Assembly: GCA_012295275.1 (NCBI GenBank)
Contig: CM022671.1
Coordinates: 28,396,001-28,460,000, forward strand
Direction: 5' to 3'
From: Chrysomallon squamiferum
Lineage: Eukaryota; Animalia; Mollusca
DNA: 64,000 bases
Below, piece after piece: positions 1-46,110 of the stretch (position 1 is the first letter of the stretch; each line of letters begins with the position of its first letter). The notes beneath the pieces were generated by a model. It was given only the letters and a program-made list of their open reading frames with translations. It did no database searches and was not told the DNA's origin. Made by a program: the position numbers and the translations under genes.

Positions 1-1
1 T

Positions 2-1245
2 CTGGACGTTGACGAAATGGCTACTCTCGTTAAGGACGATCACTTGTGTGTGCGCGACGAAGAAACGCTGTGCGACGCGGTCTTAGACTGGGTGGAAGCC
101 GATTCAGAAACCAGAAAAGCGTTAATTTCCAAAGTGTTCATTCACCTCCGACTTGCGCTAACCAGACCGGAGTATTTGCTGAACTTAGATAAAAAGTATC
201 AATTCATTGCAAACAATCCTCTGTGCAAGGAAGCCATAAACAGTGCCAAAAACTGTACTCTGTTGCCGGCGAGAAGACACGACTACAGTTCCTCTCTGAT
301 GCACTACAGACACCCTGCTGACATGGAGGATGTCTTAGTGATCCTCTCTGGCGCAGAGACTTCAAAACCGCCGTACATCAGATCTCTAAACGTATACGCT
401 TTCAGCTTCAACTCTCGCCTTTGGTTTCAGTTGGCTTCGCTGCCGTACGACCCCGGCATTGAGTTTGCCTGCTGTGTCTTTGACAACGACATATTTGTTT
501 CCGGAGGCGGCCTTTGGCAGACGTCGATGGTCCGGTATAAATCGAAAAAGAACAAATGGCACCCGATAAAGAACAAGTTGACCTGTGGCAGACGACGTCA
601 TGCTATGGCAGCGTCTGGGAGACATATTTACGTCCTCGGCGGGTACAACAGTGAGAAAACCGAAGGGTCAAGAGTCGTTAACACTATAGAGAGATACAGT
701 CTCGACTCGGGTACGTGGACAGATGTAGGACAGCTGCGCATCCCCGTCAGCTCCATCTCGGCAGCCGTGCTGGGAGAAAACATTTACGTTTTCGGAGGAG
801 AGAGGAATGACAAAACAGACGTTTCCGCCGTACAGTGCTACAACATCAAGACCCAGGACGTCACCGTTGTAGCCGATCTCCCAAGAGCATGCAAACTGTC
901 GCGCTCCATCGTCTGCGACGAGACCATCTACGTGGTCCTGTACGACGGCGAGGTTCTGCGATTCACCGACGACGACGGTGTCGTGACGAGCGGTGTTATT
1001 TCTGATTTCGAGCGGTTCACTTCGGAGTCGTTCACAGACGCGGAGCTGTCATTATTCTCGGCGGCCTGGCGGCTGGGTCGGACTCCAGCAAAGACCTCTG
1101 CGACACCATGATCAAATACGACCTCGTCACCAGCTCTTCCGAGCTCATGCCAGACAAAATTCCCTCCGCCAGACTGATAGACAGCTGTGCTAAAATCATA
1201 ATTGACAAAAAATTCCTGATGGAGGAAGACGCTGCCGATTGCTGA
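2..1245 (+). CDS. Kelch-like (KLHL family) protein, 5'-partial: end of BACK domain plus Kelch propeller; 1-nt frameshift at ~1016
   Basis: The frame is open from position 2. BACK signature L.V.DEE.L.DAVL.WV...LRL. Kelch GG/W repeats: IFVSGG..W, HIYVLGGY..W, IYVFGGE. After ...DFER (1015) the alternative frame from 1018 gives HFGVVHRRGAVIILGGLAAG...MIKYDLVT...EEDAADC*, a final Kelch blade with TGA at 1243-1245. No introns in the visible part. Confidence 0.9.
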
Positions 1246-2197
1246 TGGTTGTTAGACCAGTGCGCTATGACGTGTTTTCCAGGAAAATATGTTCCAGGCT
1301 TTTCACGACCAGTTTTCAATATAAGACAATACTGATTTAGCGTATGAATACAAATACTTATTTTCTATCTTGCTGAATTTTTACTTTAAAAAAAAAAAAA
1401 ATATATATTTATTAAATATTTATCTTGCAGGACGAAAACAGCAAAACTTTCTTCTTCTTTTACCTAAAGTTCAGGATTTTTAAGTTCAGGCCTAACAAGA
1501 AGATTAAAATTTAATTTTTAAAAAATAAATAAATGGAGTTTCATAATGTTTTGCAATAAATTAAATCATTTATATTTTATTAAAGTAAAGTAAAACAAAT
1601 AATAAAATAAATAAATAATAACATTTACTTTTTTTTTTTTTTTAAATTTTATTATTATTATTATTACTCAGTAAATAGTAATATTCTAAATTAACAACAG
1701 AGAGAGAGAGGACTAAATTTGTAACATTGAACTCTAATTAGAAAACAAAACATTGCATAATTAAGAAAACACAAAATGAAAAAACACAACACATACCCAA
1801 AAACATTCACTTTCTTTGTTATAACGTACAATATGACACTTGGAATTATTTTTTCTCTAATCTTGTAGATTTCAGACATACCGAGAGGTCAGAAGGTAAA
1901 AGGTGTTCTTTAAAGTGTACATTTTGGCGATATGAACAAATAGGAACTCGCGTTTTGTAGATTCCAAGTAACTGTTTTATTTATCTTGTGACAACCAGTC
2001 TTTACAAAGTACTACAACTAGCTTGGTAAGGTTGTATGGATGTATGTTACGATTATTAGCGACATCATTTTATAGATGAAAATATAAATAATAATTTTAA
2101 TAGAAAATTAACAAAAATCTCGGATTACCTGAGGTTATGACAACTTTTATTGGTCTTTCTTTTTTTTTTTGTACATTTAGGTTTAAAGATTATATTA

Positions 2198-2276
2198 CAG
2201 ATTGAGAATCCTTTATCTGAAACATCTAGGACTGGAAATATTTCGGATTCCAGAATGTTTTGGATTTTGGAATATA
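2198..2276 (+). mobile_element. Degenerate pogo/Tigger-like DNA transposon terminus
   Basis: TA followed by CAGATTGAGAATCCTTTATCTGAAA...TTTCGGATT...TTTTGGATTTTGGAATAT. From recall, this resembles Tigger4/MER46-type ends (not aligned). No partner end located. Confidence 0.45.
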
Positions 2277-3580
2277 AGGAGAGTGTTGGATCTAACACAA
2301 ATTCCATTTAAATTTCAAACACATTCTCACATATTCACTAGCAACTGGGATGTGATATAAAAAACATACGTCCAGACTCAACTAGTTGAAATACTTAGTG
2401 ATTAGTAAAGACTGAACGTTGATGCTACTTAGAATTTACAAAACTCGTTTTACAAGAGATTTAATTTCAGTCCAAATGCATTTTTACAAGCTTTTTGTTA
2501 TACCGTAATACTTTATTATTAATAAAGATTGGACGCTAGAAGAAAAATGTAGTAAATATTTAGAAGATGTTAAAATGTATTTATGTATTTATGTCCAGCT
2601 CTGAACGTTATTTCAGTTGTATCAAAACTACATCTGGAATAAAATTAAACAAAGCAATATTTTCTTCACGTACGTGAGTACGTGAGTTCGTTGCGCAATA
2701 TTTAAAAGTACAATAACAAAAAAAAAAAAAAAATAATAATAATAATAAGTTTATTTTCTTCTTGTTATGTTTAAAAAGAATAGAAAAAAAAAAAAAAAAT
2801 ATTCTTGAATACAGCTTAATAAAAATGAGAAAACCAGATTTGTTTTCATTGTTATTTAAATTTGAACAGAAAATTATACAGGTGTTGTGAACGATCCAAC
2901 GACAGTTTGTTGCGTTTGTTTTAGGTAAAACAATGAATTTAACTTGAAACAAGTTCACGTTATAGTAAAAAAAAAAAAAAAAAAAAAAAAATCAACAATA
3001 ACAACAAAAATAATAATTAAAATTAATAAACAAAGAAAGAAAGAAATATATATATAATAAAGGGGAATGCATTATCGGCCGTTTTTTTATGCATAGATCA
3101 TAGTTGCTGATAAAAAAAAAAAAAAAAAAAAAAAAACGTAAAAAGTTCTCGCATTTCCTATTAGTCACTTTAAAAACATTAATACACGCGACAAGGCAAA
3201 GTGTAGTTTTACTGCTGATGTCTAAGTAAACAAGAATAAAACAAAAACAAACATATATTACAGTAGGAAAATGGGGAAAAAAAAAAAAGAAAGAAAAATA
3301 TATATAAAAGACGGTAACAATAGCTCAGCGGAAATTGAAGATATCCTCTTAATTCCTCATAACAAATGAATGATGCATGATCTGTGTATGTTTGTAGCAT
3401 AATACATGCGTTTACAGCTTGTCTGTGGTTCTTTTTCTGTCTGTATGCAGAAATGAAAAACAGGAAAGCGAAAACAAAGCGGGCGATTGTTCGTACGTCT
3501 ATTTTTTTGTTCAGTTTATGTTCCTGTATTCATTAGGTATTCATTTAATTAATAGAATATGGATATTAGAATATACTGGA

Positions 3581-3626
<46 letters not shown>

Positions 3627-3862
3627 ACAGGCACGTGTTATATAGAAGCAAACATTAAAGCATTCATTAGTCTTGCGTAAACTATCATTTTTTACTTGTT
3701 TTTATTTATATTATATCAATTAATATAAAAATCACCAACACATTTCCATAGGGAGTCGTTTATGCAGGAAAAGAATCAAACGCCAAATCAAATGTCCTAG
3801 AAAAGAGTTTAATTTTAGAAGCACTTGACACCTCCGCTTCCTGTAAAACAACGGAAAACAAC

Positions 3863-3896
<34 letters not shown>

Positions 3897-4346
3897 TAAA
3901 TAAATTAAAAGTAAAAAAAAAATAATAACTAAAATTACGAATAACTTTAAAGCTTTAAACAAATAAACAAAACCGCCAGTTTACGTGTTAAAAGCAACAA
4001 CGTTATTATATACAATTAGTAGCAGTGCTAGAACAATTCTTATACTGTGTTGAGAATCACATCCGTAGGGTGGATTTTTTTGTAGACCGCAAAATAAAAT
4101 TGTGTATATATAAGAATACATATTCAAGAAGTTACCTTCAAGTTGAGCATGGTTTAATACAAAACGATACACACGTCATACCTTAAGTAAAATGTAAGAA
4201 AGATATAGAGATAGACAGACAGATAGATAGATAGATAGATACAATATAACACAGAAAAACAAGCGCAGAAGGATATTTAAAGAAAGATAGAGAGAGAGAG
4301 AAAGTGATTTAAAAAAACAACAACATTCATATCTTAATAATTTAGC

Positions 4347-4400
<54 letters not shown>

Positions 4401-4417
4401 TGTTGTTGTTGTAGTAG

Positions 4418-4449
<32 letters not shown>

Positions 4450-4869
4450 ATCCTTTTACCAATGTTGTTAAAATCTTATAAACTTTACCAACGAGTTTAA
4501 TCAGCACTTCGAAAGCATCTTCGGCGTTGATGTACAAATTCTACTGCTACAATGACTGTATCCACGACGTCAGCAAGGTTTTTCTGTAATCGAGGATACA
4601 TCAACTTAACGTCATCAGAAGCAGATACGCCTGGCCCATTTGAGTCGCTGTCAGTAACTATGGAAGGGAGACAACTCTTTTATAAAGTTACGCCTATCTT
4701 AAACAAGAGTTAGCTTTCTTCGTTTCTGAAATGTAAAGAATGTTATATCTGAAACTCGTAAGAATTTCAAGCTAATTATCGAATCATGCAAAACTGTTCG
4801 TATCTTTAGGATTTTTATTTAAAATTCTCCGGAAATATATTTTATTTAGTCTGTGTGTGTTGTTTGAGT

Positions 4870-4928
<59 letters not shown>

Positions 4929-5087
4929 CAGTATAAAGATAGAAAGTAATTTATTTAATAATTATCTTAAGGCAGTCTATTTATTCATTCATTTGACAGA
5001 TTTTATTTGTAAATATGTGTATAACATATTAACAGGTTTATTCCTTCCCTTTACACTAATCTGGAGCATTGTTCAAGTTGAGTAATA

Positions 5088-5662
5088 AATGAAATATGGG
5101 TTTTTATGTAATATAATTGTTAAATATTGATTATTATGTAATATGATTATTAAATATGAATTGTATGTAAATATAATTGTTAAATATGGATTTTTATGTA
5201 AGATAATTGTTAAATATAGATATTTATGTGAAATAATTGTTAAATATGGATATTTATGTAAGATAATTATTAAATATGGATATTTATGTAAGATAATTAT
5301 TAAATATGGATGTTTATGTAAGATAATTATTAAATATGGATTTTTATATAATATTATTGTAAATATGGAATTTTATGTAATATAATTGGTAAATATAGAT
5401 TTTGCATAATATAATTATTCAATAATTATTCAATGGTTAAATATGGAATTTTATGTAATATAATTGGTAAATATAGATTTTGCATAATATAATTATTCAA
5501 TAATTATTCAATGGTTAAATGTGGATTTTTATGTAAAATAATTATTAAATATGGATCTTTATGTAATATAATTGTTAAATATGGATTGTTATATAATATT
5601 ATTGTTAAATATGGAATTTTATGTAATATAATTGTTAAATATAGATTTTATGTAATATAATT
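5088..5662. repeat. 30-bp AT-rich minisatellite (~19 degenerate units)
   Basis: Unit ~taaatatggatttttatgtaatataattgt, repeated in register. Confidence 0.92.
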
Positions 5663-6646
5663 AGTAATCTTGACTTATTTGACAATTTTCGCTATTTTCC
5701 TGAGAACGTTCAATGTTAGAACATCTTTTATTGACAGGAGCAGACATTAAGCATGTTAGCTAAACCTGCACAAGTTAAACTCGCCTGAAATTTTAGAATT
5801 GTTGTGTGTCGCTTACAACCCAGCCCATACGTCGGCCACTGCGTTGCAAATGACGTTGGTTGAAAATGGAAGTTGGTGGGTTGGAAAATAGTCGTGATTA
5901 TCGACAGCAGCAGGACAATTTTCTGTCAGAATACTTTTAATATTCCTTTATAATCTCGATGTTCAGCACGGATGATGACTTTTCATTATCTATATTAAAT
6001 CTAAGCATTATATTCGTTTATAACAAAAATAATTGATATAATAATGGAATGTGAATTTACCAGCTATTGCAATAGCAACTCTTTAATGCATGATTTTTTT
6101 TACGTAAAGAACGGTTACTCCGGATGAAAATTGTCTGTTGCGACTCTCTGTGTAAAGCGGCAAATTTCGTTGATGCCTTTCTGAATCCGATATATAATGT
6201 TATATTTAATTAATACAAATAAACTTTTTTTTTTTTTTTTTTTAAATATCCATTTTAAGATACCTTAATTTTTCTGTTAATGTTAATTCATCGTTTTCGT
6301 AATGTTCATTCTAAAACAGCTGTAAAATGCAGATATTAAAGAGATTTCTGTTTGTTACGGTTGCAACAGAGCAAGTGATTATCCACTCTTCATTTAAACA
6401 ATAGTCACGACAGAGCGAATTTGTTACTAGTTAAATGTGATCCCAGCTTTAACCCCGTCTTAATCGTGACTACAGTTAACCGAGAACATTTCTTTAAGTT
6501 AAAACAAACAGAAACAAATACAACTCAGCATATATATATGTTTGTGTCTGTATCTATTTTACACCGTAATCCGTTTTCCAGTTACAAACAAGGTGGAATT
6601 ATTGTTTAAAATCTGTGATGACGTTTCTATTCTTGCAAATGTTCTT

Positions 6647-6700
<54 letters not shown>

Positions 6701-7247
6701 ATATATATGTGGGTATGTGTGTGTCTATGTTTGTGTATGTGTATCTGCGTGTGTAAAGCTAACAAGAACAGTGTTTGAAATTATGACAGTATTTCGAACC
6801 AAATCCAAAACATAATTTCGTGATATTCATTCATTCATTTATTTGTTTATTCCGTTTATTCATTCATTTATTTGTTTATTCGTTTATTCATTTATTCATT
6901 CATTCAATCATTCATTCTTTCAATCGTTTGTTCAGTCATACATCATAACTATCTATCTGTATCAAGGTCGTTTTGGAAAAAGAAGCTGCTAACTAGTTTA
7001 AGAGAGAGAGAAAAAATTATAAAATTCATGGTGTCATGTGGAATAATCAATATTCAGAATTTAAAAAAATATATATATAAAAATGAAATGAAAAGGAAGA
7101 AAAAAATAATGATGTAAATCAGGTTGTTAGTCTCTTCTTAAAATAATTTTTTTATTTTTATTTTTATTTATTTTTTTTATAATAACGCTTCTTCATCTTA
7201 TTGTTGTTGTTGTTGTTGTTGTTATTATTATCATTATTATTATACGA

Positions 7248-7282
<35 letters not shown>

Positions 7283-9218
7283 ATACAACAAAGCATTTAT
7301 ACATCGAAATATTCCACAAATTCAGTATAAAATTCAGCCAAGTTATAGTATTTTTACCAAACCCCATGTTTACCAGGAAAAAAAAAAGAAAAAAAAGAAT
7401 CAAAAATTAAAAATAGAAATTTGTGAAAATAGAGAATTTATTTTTTTTTTTTTTTTTAAATTTAAAAAAAGAAGAAGAAAGAAGCGAAGCAAATATTTCA
7501 CTGCCTTCGACATTTTAACATTAACAGATTGCATATTATAAAGAATATTTGCTCTTTGTCGGTTAATGTTTTATGTTTGTCAGAAAAAGCTACCATTTCT
7601 TTTATCTTTTATTTATATTATTATTATTATGTTGTTGTTGTTTGGTTGTTTTTTTTCGCTTTTCTTGAATAAAACGAAAATCCATTAAGACGTGCTTTTT
7701 CTAAAAGAGTTTTTCGTATTGTGGGAAGGTGTAATGTCAAAACAAAAGTAGACCTTTTGTGCCAAAGATCGTATCTTTATTATACATATATATATATATA
7801 TATATCTGACTGACATCTAATAAACATTTAATAATAATCTGATATTATTTTGGAAATATCAAAACGTGAGAAATATATATATATATATATATATATATAG
7901 CTTGATAGATAATATGCCTTTTGGAAAATAGTTTTAAAAATGTGAAGGTGGACAGCTTTAGCGTTTTTTAACGCTTCATCGTCATCTTCTTCTTCTTCGT
8001 CTTACTGTTGTTGTTGTTGTTATTATTATTATTATTATTATGATAAATGGTAAATAAATAAATAAAACAATGGCACCAAAACATCTGAATATTCGCTAAA
8101 TTCAGTTTTAAACTGAGTCTAGTTTCAGTATTTGTATCAGGCCTCGTTTCTGTCAAGAACGAAGTACTACTTTCCAACTAACAACGCTTATTTAATAAAA
8201 ACAACACCGAGTAGTATTTCAACACAAATAAAATTTCTTCGAAACGAACACATTACACGAATACTACGAATACAAACATGAAATAATTCTATTCTAAAAT
8301 CAGAAAATTAATAACAGTAATAATTATTGTAATAAAACTAAAACATGCTTCATTTAAGGCTTTTCATATGACCAATTGCAAAGAGCTATGACACATTATA
8401 GAGGGGAAACTGTTATTACATTTTCTTCATTACTGTTTATATAATGGATCATGAAAATATAAATTGAAAAGTAAGAAATTATGATAGAGAGAAAGAAATA
8501 AATACAAAAAACATGAACAGAGCAAGAACCGATAACAAATGTATCATGATTCGTGAAAAACAATTGAAAAATGTTCTGTTTTACCTGGGATGTTTGCTTG
8601 TTTTTAATATGTATTATAATTATAGATAAATAGATATATAAATATGTATTAAATCTAAAGCATCTATGTTTTAAAACATTTAGCAATAAGGTACAACTGT
8701 ACGAAATACGTACAGCAAATGAAACTAATTTTGATGCTTAAAGTAGTAGTTACAGTTTGACCTGGATTTATTTATTTATTTATTTACTCGCTTATTTATT
8801 TTCTTTTTAAATTAATTATTTAATTAATTTAGTCGTTCGTTTAACAAGTTAATTTTTATTATTATTTATTTATTTATTTAATTAATTTTTAAATTATTAT
8901 TACATATAAATTTATATGTAGAAACACCTACCACTTTTTGCTCTTTTTTTACCAGTATTTTTCATTTCAAAGTTTAACTATGAAATATAAAATGTGTTTA
9001 TGCCTGAATATGAAAGTGTTTAGCGTATGTGAAATGTTCTGTGTCTTGGATTCTCTACTTAACGGTCAGTCCTCAACTTGGTCATGTGTCAAAATATAAA
9101 GGGACTAAATCAGAAATAATAATCTATACTGAACAAAAAAGTTAAGGGTAATGAAACCTATTTTGTTTTTGTGCCTGAAATAACACTACTCACTCCAGTG
9201 GATTTGAATCACTGAGAG

Positions 9219-9271
<53 letters not shown>

Positions 9272-9790
9272 AAAAAAAATAATGAAAGAAAATAAAAAGA
9301 AAGAAGAAAAAACAAATACAAATTATTTATTGCTAATTTGTTTCGACGTCCACAAATATAATTGTCATTCATTATTATTTTTTTAAATGGTGAATATAAA
9401 TATCTGATAATTTCTATATTTAAAGCTTGCAGTCAGGTAAATCAGTTGAAATAACCTGGACAGGTTCATATTCAGCGTAGCAAGGTAAAAGTGAAAGGTG
9501 GTATACTAGAAGTATAGTGTCCATGGACCAAACTCTACAGAATTTGGAGTCAGAGTATAAATTAATAAAATACTTGCTATGCTAATAAATAGTACGATTG
9601 AAAACAAAATAATAGAACTCCCGAGAAAATACTGAAGAAATACGGTAATAGTTAGATTTGGTAAATGTAATCGAGTGTAAATATAGAACCATTAACATCA
9701 TCTACAAGGTTCATTTTTAGTGATGAGTTTCATTTAAATTGTTTACGTATTAAAATGTAATTGATTAGCATTCATGTGATATTTGGAGAT

Positions 9791-9886
<96 letters not shown>

Positions 9887-11602
9887 TTACAGAGAATTTC
9901 GGCATCAAGGCAATGAATGGAGTCGAGCTATGTTGTAGAATGGTACCCTGGCTTAGAATTACTATTAAAGTGCCAAGGGCAAATTCGTGCAAGACCGATT
10001 CATGTGACTGGTTGCTTTTGTCATGATAGCGAACATTTTCTTACAAATTTACAAATCTTTAGAAACATAAAAAAAAAAACAAACGAAATCTTATAACGAA
10101 TAATTAAAACAAAATAAGAAAACAAAGAAGAAACAATACAGACATCTGAACTTTAAATGATATCAAAAACAAACATATTTAGTGAATTCAAACAAACCCA
10201 TCGATTTACACTGCATATATGTCTCTATCCACAGATACATTGTCTACCAACATTATTTTGTAATATTAACAATCAAGTATACATTAAACATGTTAGAAAA
10301 ATTAACATTAAAGTATTCGAGTGATACAAGATTTCTACATTTCTTATTGCTTTCTTGAAGTCAGTGCATTTTCGCAATTATAAACTTATTTAATGATATA
10401 TATATAAAATTGGATAAAGCTCATTTATTTAGGATAAAGATTTGTCGAAATTACCATAATGTCGCCAAGTTGATATTTTTAAATTAAATGCTATTCTCTT
10501 AAAGATTTTATTGTGTTGAACGAATTCATGATAATAAAATTAAAATATATAACTAAAACTACGACGTCACTGCCGCGTGATACAGATTCCAGCGACTGCA
10601 GCAACAACACAGGGTAAACGTAGTTTGTAATATTAAAATTAAGTTTATGTATTGATGTTTTTCCCAGCTAACATTCCAGAAGAGGAATTCAATGTACAAC
10701 TGTTATAACAGATCCAAGGATGTATATCTGTCATTATTGTTATTATTATTATTATTACTACTATTATTTTTGTTGTTATTACTAAAATATTATTATTATT
10801 ATAATTATTATTTTAGTTATTATTAAAAGTATTATTATTATTATTGTTATTATTGTTATTATTAGTATTATTATTATTATAGTTATTATTAAAATTATTA
10901 TTAAAATTATGTAAAATATATGTTTTTTTTTTTTTTTTTTTTTAATTACTGATTTATATTACTGATTTCATATATTTATTTAATTATGTATTATGAATAT
11001 ATTATTAATATTAAATACGTATTACCACACATCTCATTAATTCGACTCTTTGGATTCGGCTTTGAATTATGAAACGTATGAATTTTTTTATTTGCTGTAG
11101 GTGTAAAGCTATGACCAAATGTTGTCATTTAGAAAGCTCAAATACATGACAATGCGTACTGTGGTAGACAATGTTTTGAAAAAAAAGATATAAAAAAAAA
11201 AAAAAAAAAAGCGGGTCTGAACTAGAATTCGGAACTAATCCTACGTATGCGGTGTGGTCATTACACAAAAGGTGACATAGTATCACAGGATGCAGGCACC
11301 GATTAATAATTTTCTAATTTTAGGACTGCTAACCTTAATTAAATCTCGACGGCCAATCTGATTTTTTTTTAAAAAAAAAAAAAAAAAAAACGAGATCTTT
11401 GCCGTATATTATTACATAATACAAGTGAAAATAATTAAGCGAAATGAGATTTGAGATTTCTGAGGTCTGATTTTCATTCAAATTGACGATTTTTTTTTTT
11501 TTTTTTTTTTTTTTTACGTTCAACAGAACTCGTCACTGCCTGTTGTTCCGTTGTGTTGTTATATTTTCCGTTGATGCTAATTTCTCTCTCTCAGAGCGAG
11601 TC

Positions 11603-43598
<31,996 letters not shown>

Positions 43599-43985
43599 CG
43601 ACAGCGTCTGTGCTCGTTATCGCGACGACAAACACAGCCAAGAGCCCGCACTTCGTTTCAAGCGTTCTCGTGCGTTAAGTAAGTTCCAGCGAAATGTTCG
43701 TCTGTAGCGTTCAGCGTTTGGACAGCAGCAGCTCGGTGCCAGCTAGACATGCGCGAAGCCCGAGGAATACGATATTATTTGCCCGTCGACTCGCGGGAAC
43801 CGCATTCTTCGCAAAAGAGAACGTATCTTCGAAAACGCTGGTGAAGAAGACTGCTACTTCCCCTGCCCGAGCACCGCGTTACCAGCTGAAACAAATCCCG
43901 TCAGAACTGTTGTCGATATCAACGTCGGTGTGTGAGCGTGATCATGTTTTGGTGGGCTGTTGTAATAGTCTGTGGTGTTTTTATA
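43599..43985 (-). promoter_or_regulatory. USP putative core promoter and CpG-rich 5' leader with three uORFs
   Basis: TATAAAAA on - at 43985-43978, followed by a CpG-rich stretch to the start codon. uORFs at 43945-43919, 43805-43743 and 43750-43658. The TSS is inferred, not observed. Confidence 0.55.
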
Positions 43986-44049
43986 ATACAATAATTTGTT
44001 CAGTAATAAATGTAGATACGTGATTATGAAGAGTAATATATGAACGCAT

Positions 44050-44095
<46 letters not shown>

Positions 44096-45300
44096 GAAAA
44101 CATGCAATTCATTAGTACTGACATACACTATATATATATATATATATATATATACTTACATACATACACATATACACACACACGTAAACACATAAATACA
44201 TAAACATACGAATATATATACTAAGACCCAGGAAAATTCACATATCAATAGTACATACATATAGTCACACAGACATAAACGCACATACACACATACACAC
44301 ACACACACATATATATATATACATACATACATACATACATACATACACACATATATACATACGGACACACACACACACAAAATCTGTTTTGTTATTATTG
44401 GTTAATATTAAATTTGTATATAGATCTACATACTTAATGTACATATTCTATTATATAAAACAGCTCATGGTGGTTTTAGCGTAGATCGAATTTTAAAAAT
44501 AAACCTGTACTAATAAAATGCAAAAATATTATTTGCCGTCAAATTAGATTTCCCAGACGATGAGCTGCTAGGCATCGATAAGTTAGTTTACGACTGTTTT
44601 GTGCATCAGCCTCATCTCAGTCTGTGACATTTTGTTTTAAATGTGTTTATTCTTCACTGTGATATCCATACGACAGTTTCAGCACGTACGTTTCGTCTTA
44701 TCTCAGAAAGTTACCAGCGTAGCTAATAATTATGTATTTTATCTTTTGAATATAAACGCGATTTATATTCAAAGATCAAATAGTATCCTATTGCGGTTTT
44801 TAATGTATAATTATAAGTATAATTATAATTATTTGAAAGACGGAAAACGGTGAAAAACAAAATAAAATTAAAAACTAACGTACGAGAAACATAAACGAAT
44901 TAATTTTGTATTTAATTTTGTATTTTTTTTTTAAATTCACCTTTTTTTAAAGTTATTTTTGTTTTCTTATTTTACACAATGACTCAGTGATTGTTTTTAC
45001 TGCCTCTTCAACATCAGTTGTAACGAGTCGTACAACGTGCACTGCGTCTGAGTCAGCCGTACGTCACAGCTACGTCAACACACATCTGACGCCTGATTAC
45101 AGAATCTGACGTCTGCTTGGCAGCACGTTTGGACTATTGCAGTCGGTTTCATCATCGTCTTGGCTGCAAGAGATGGAATGTTCTAGCGAAATGTCAAGCA
45201 GGACAATAAGGAAACGATATCAGATTAGATTCCACTTCTCAAAGGCGGATCCAGGAATTAAGAAGTCGAAATGAATTTACTTGTAAAGGTAAACATCATT

Positions 45301-45386
<86 letters not shown>

Positions 45387-46063
45387 ATTTGTGTGTAATC
45401 AAGAATGATAAATTTGAACTCTTCTGGTATTGATAATTTATAATAAAAATTACATATATATATATAAGAAGAAGAAGAAGAAGTAGAAGACAAACAAGAA
45501 TAAAAGAAGTATCTTTTAAAATCCAACAAATACATATCAGTAATTTTTAAATTTCTTTAAAAGAAGGAACTCTTTAAAATTTGAACAATCCACAGCATAA
45601 ACATAAAAATATAATCTTTTGTAAAATTAGAAAGTTACGTTCACAATCTGAAGACTGGCGTTTCAGACAAAAGGTTTTTCATCAGACTGAAAATAAACGG
45701 CAAGCTTCAGGTGTTTTGTGAAGAAATCCTCTTCATATGGAACCCATTAGCAATGAAGGGTGCAACTTTCACAATAATTGGCAGCGAGGCCTCTCTAAGC
45801 GTGTAAAGAAAACAAAACTTAGCCGAGGTATTCATTCGCTCTTCGTTTTACAACTCTGTGGCCGACTGACTGAATGCACGACAAGCGCAAATCTTTTCAT
45901 TCAGCATGTACGTTTTGTTTTAAATCTCGTATTACTGCGAAATTAAATTTTAAACACTGAGAAAGTCAAACAAATATAAAATTCCAGTGAATGAATAACG
46001 AATAGTAATGTGTTGTTTCACGAACAGATTTTTTAAATAAAATTAATTTATTTAATTTAATTT

Positions 46064-46110
<47 letters not shown>

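Noticed and set aside
1018-1111. C-terminus of track ORF 17..1111 (FTSESFTD...SATP)
   Set aside because: Out-of-frame product of the indel; the Kelch-like sequence continues in another frame to 1245.
1240-1340. TGC-TGA at the Kelch end as possible selenocysteine or readthrough
   Set aside because: No SECIS-like hairpin recognised and no readthrough context; the stop is where a KLHL protein would end.
5143-5385. 80-aa repeat ORF (KYGYLCKIII)n
   Set aside because: Translation of the 30-bp minisatellite; no splice or coding support.
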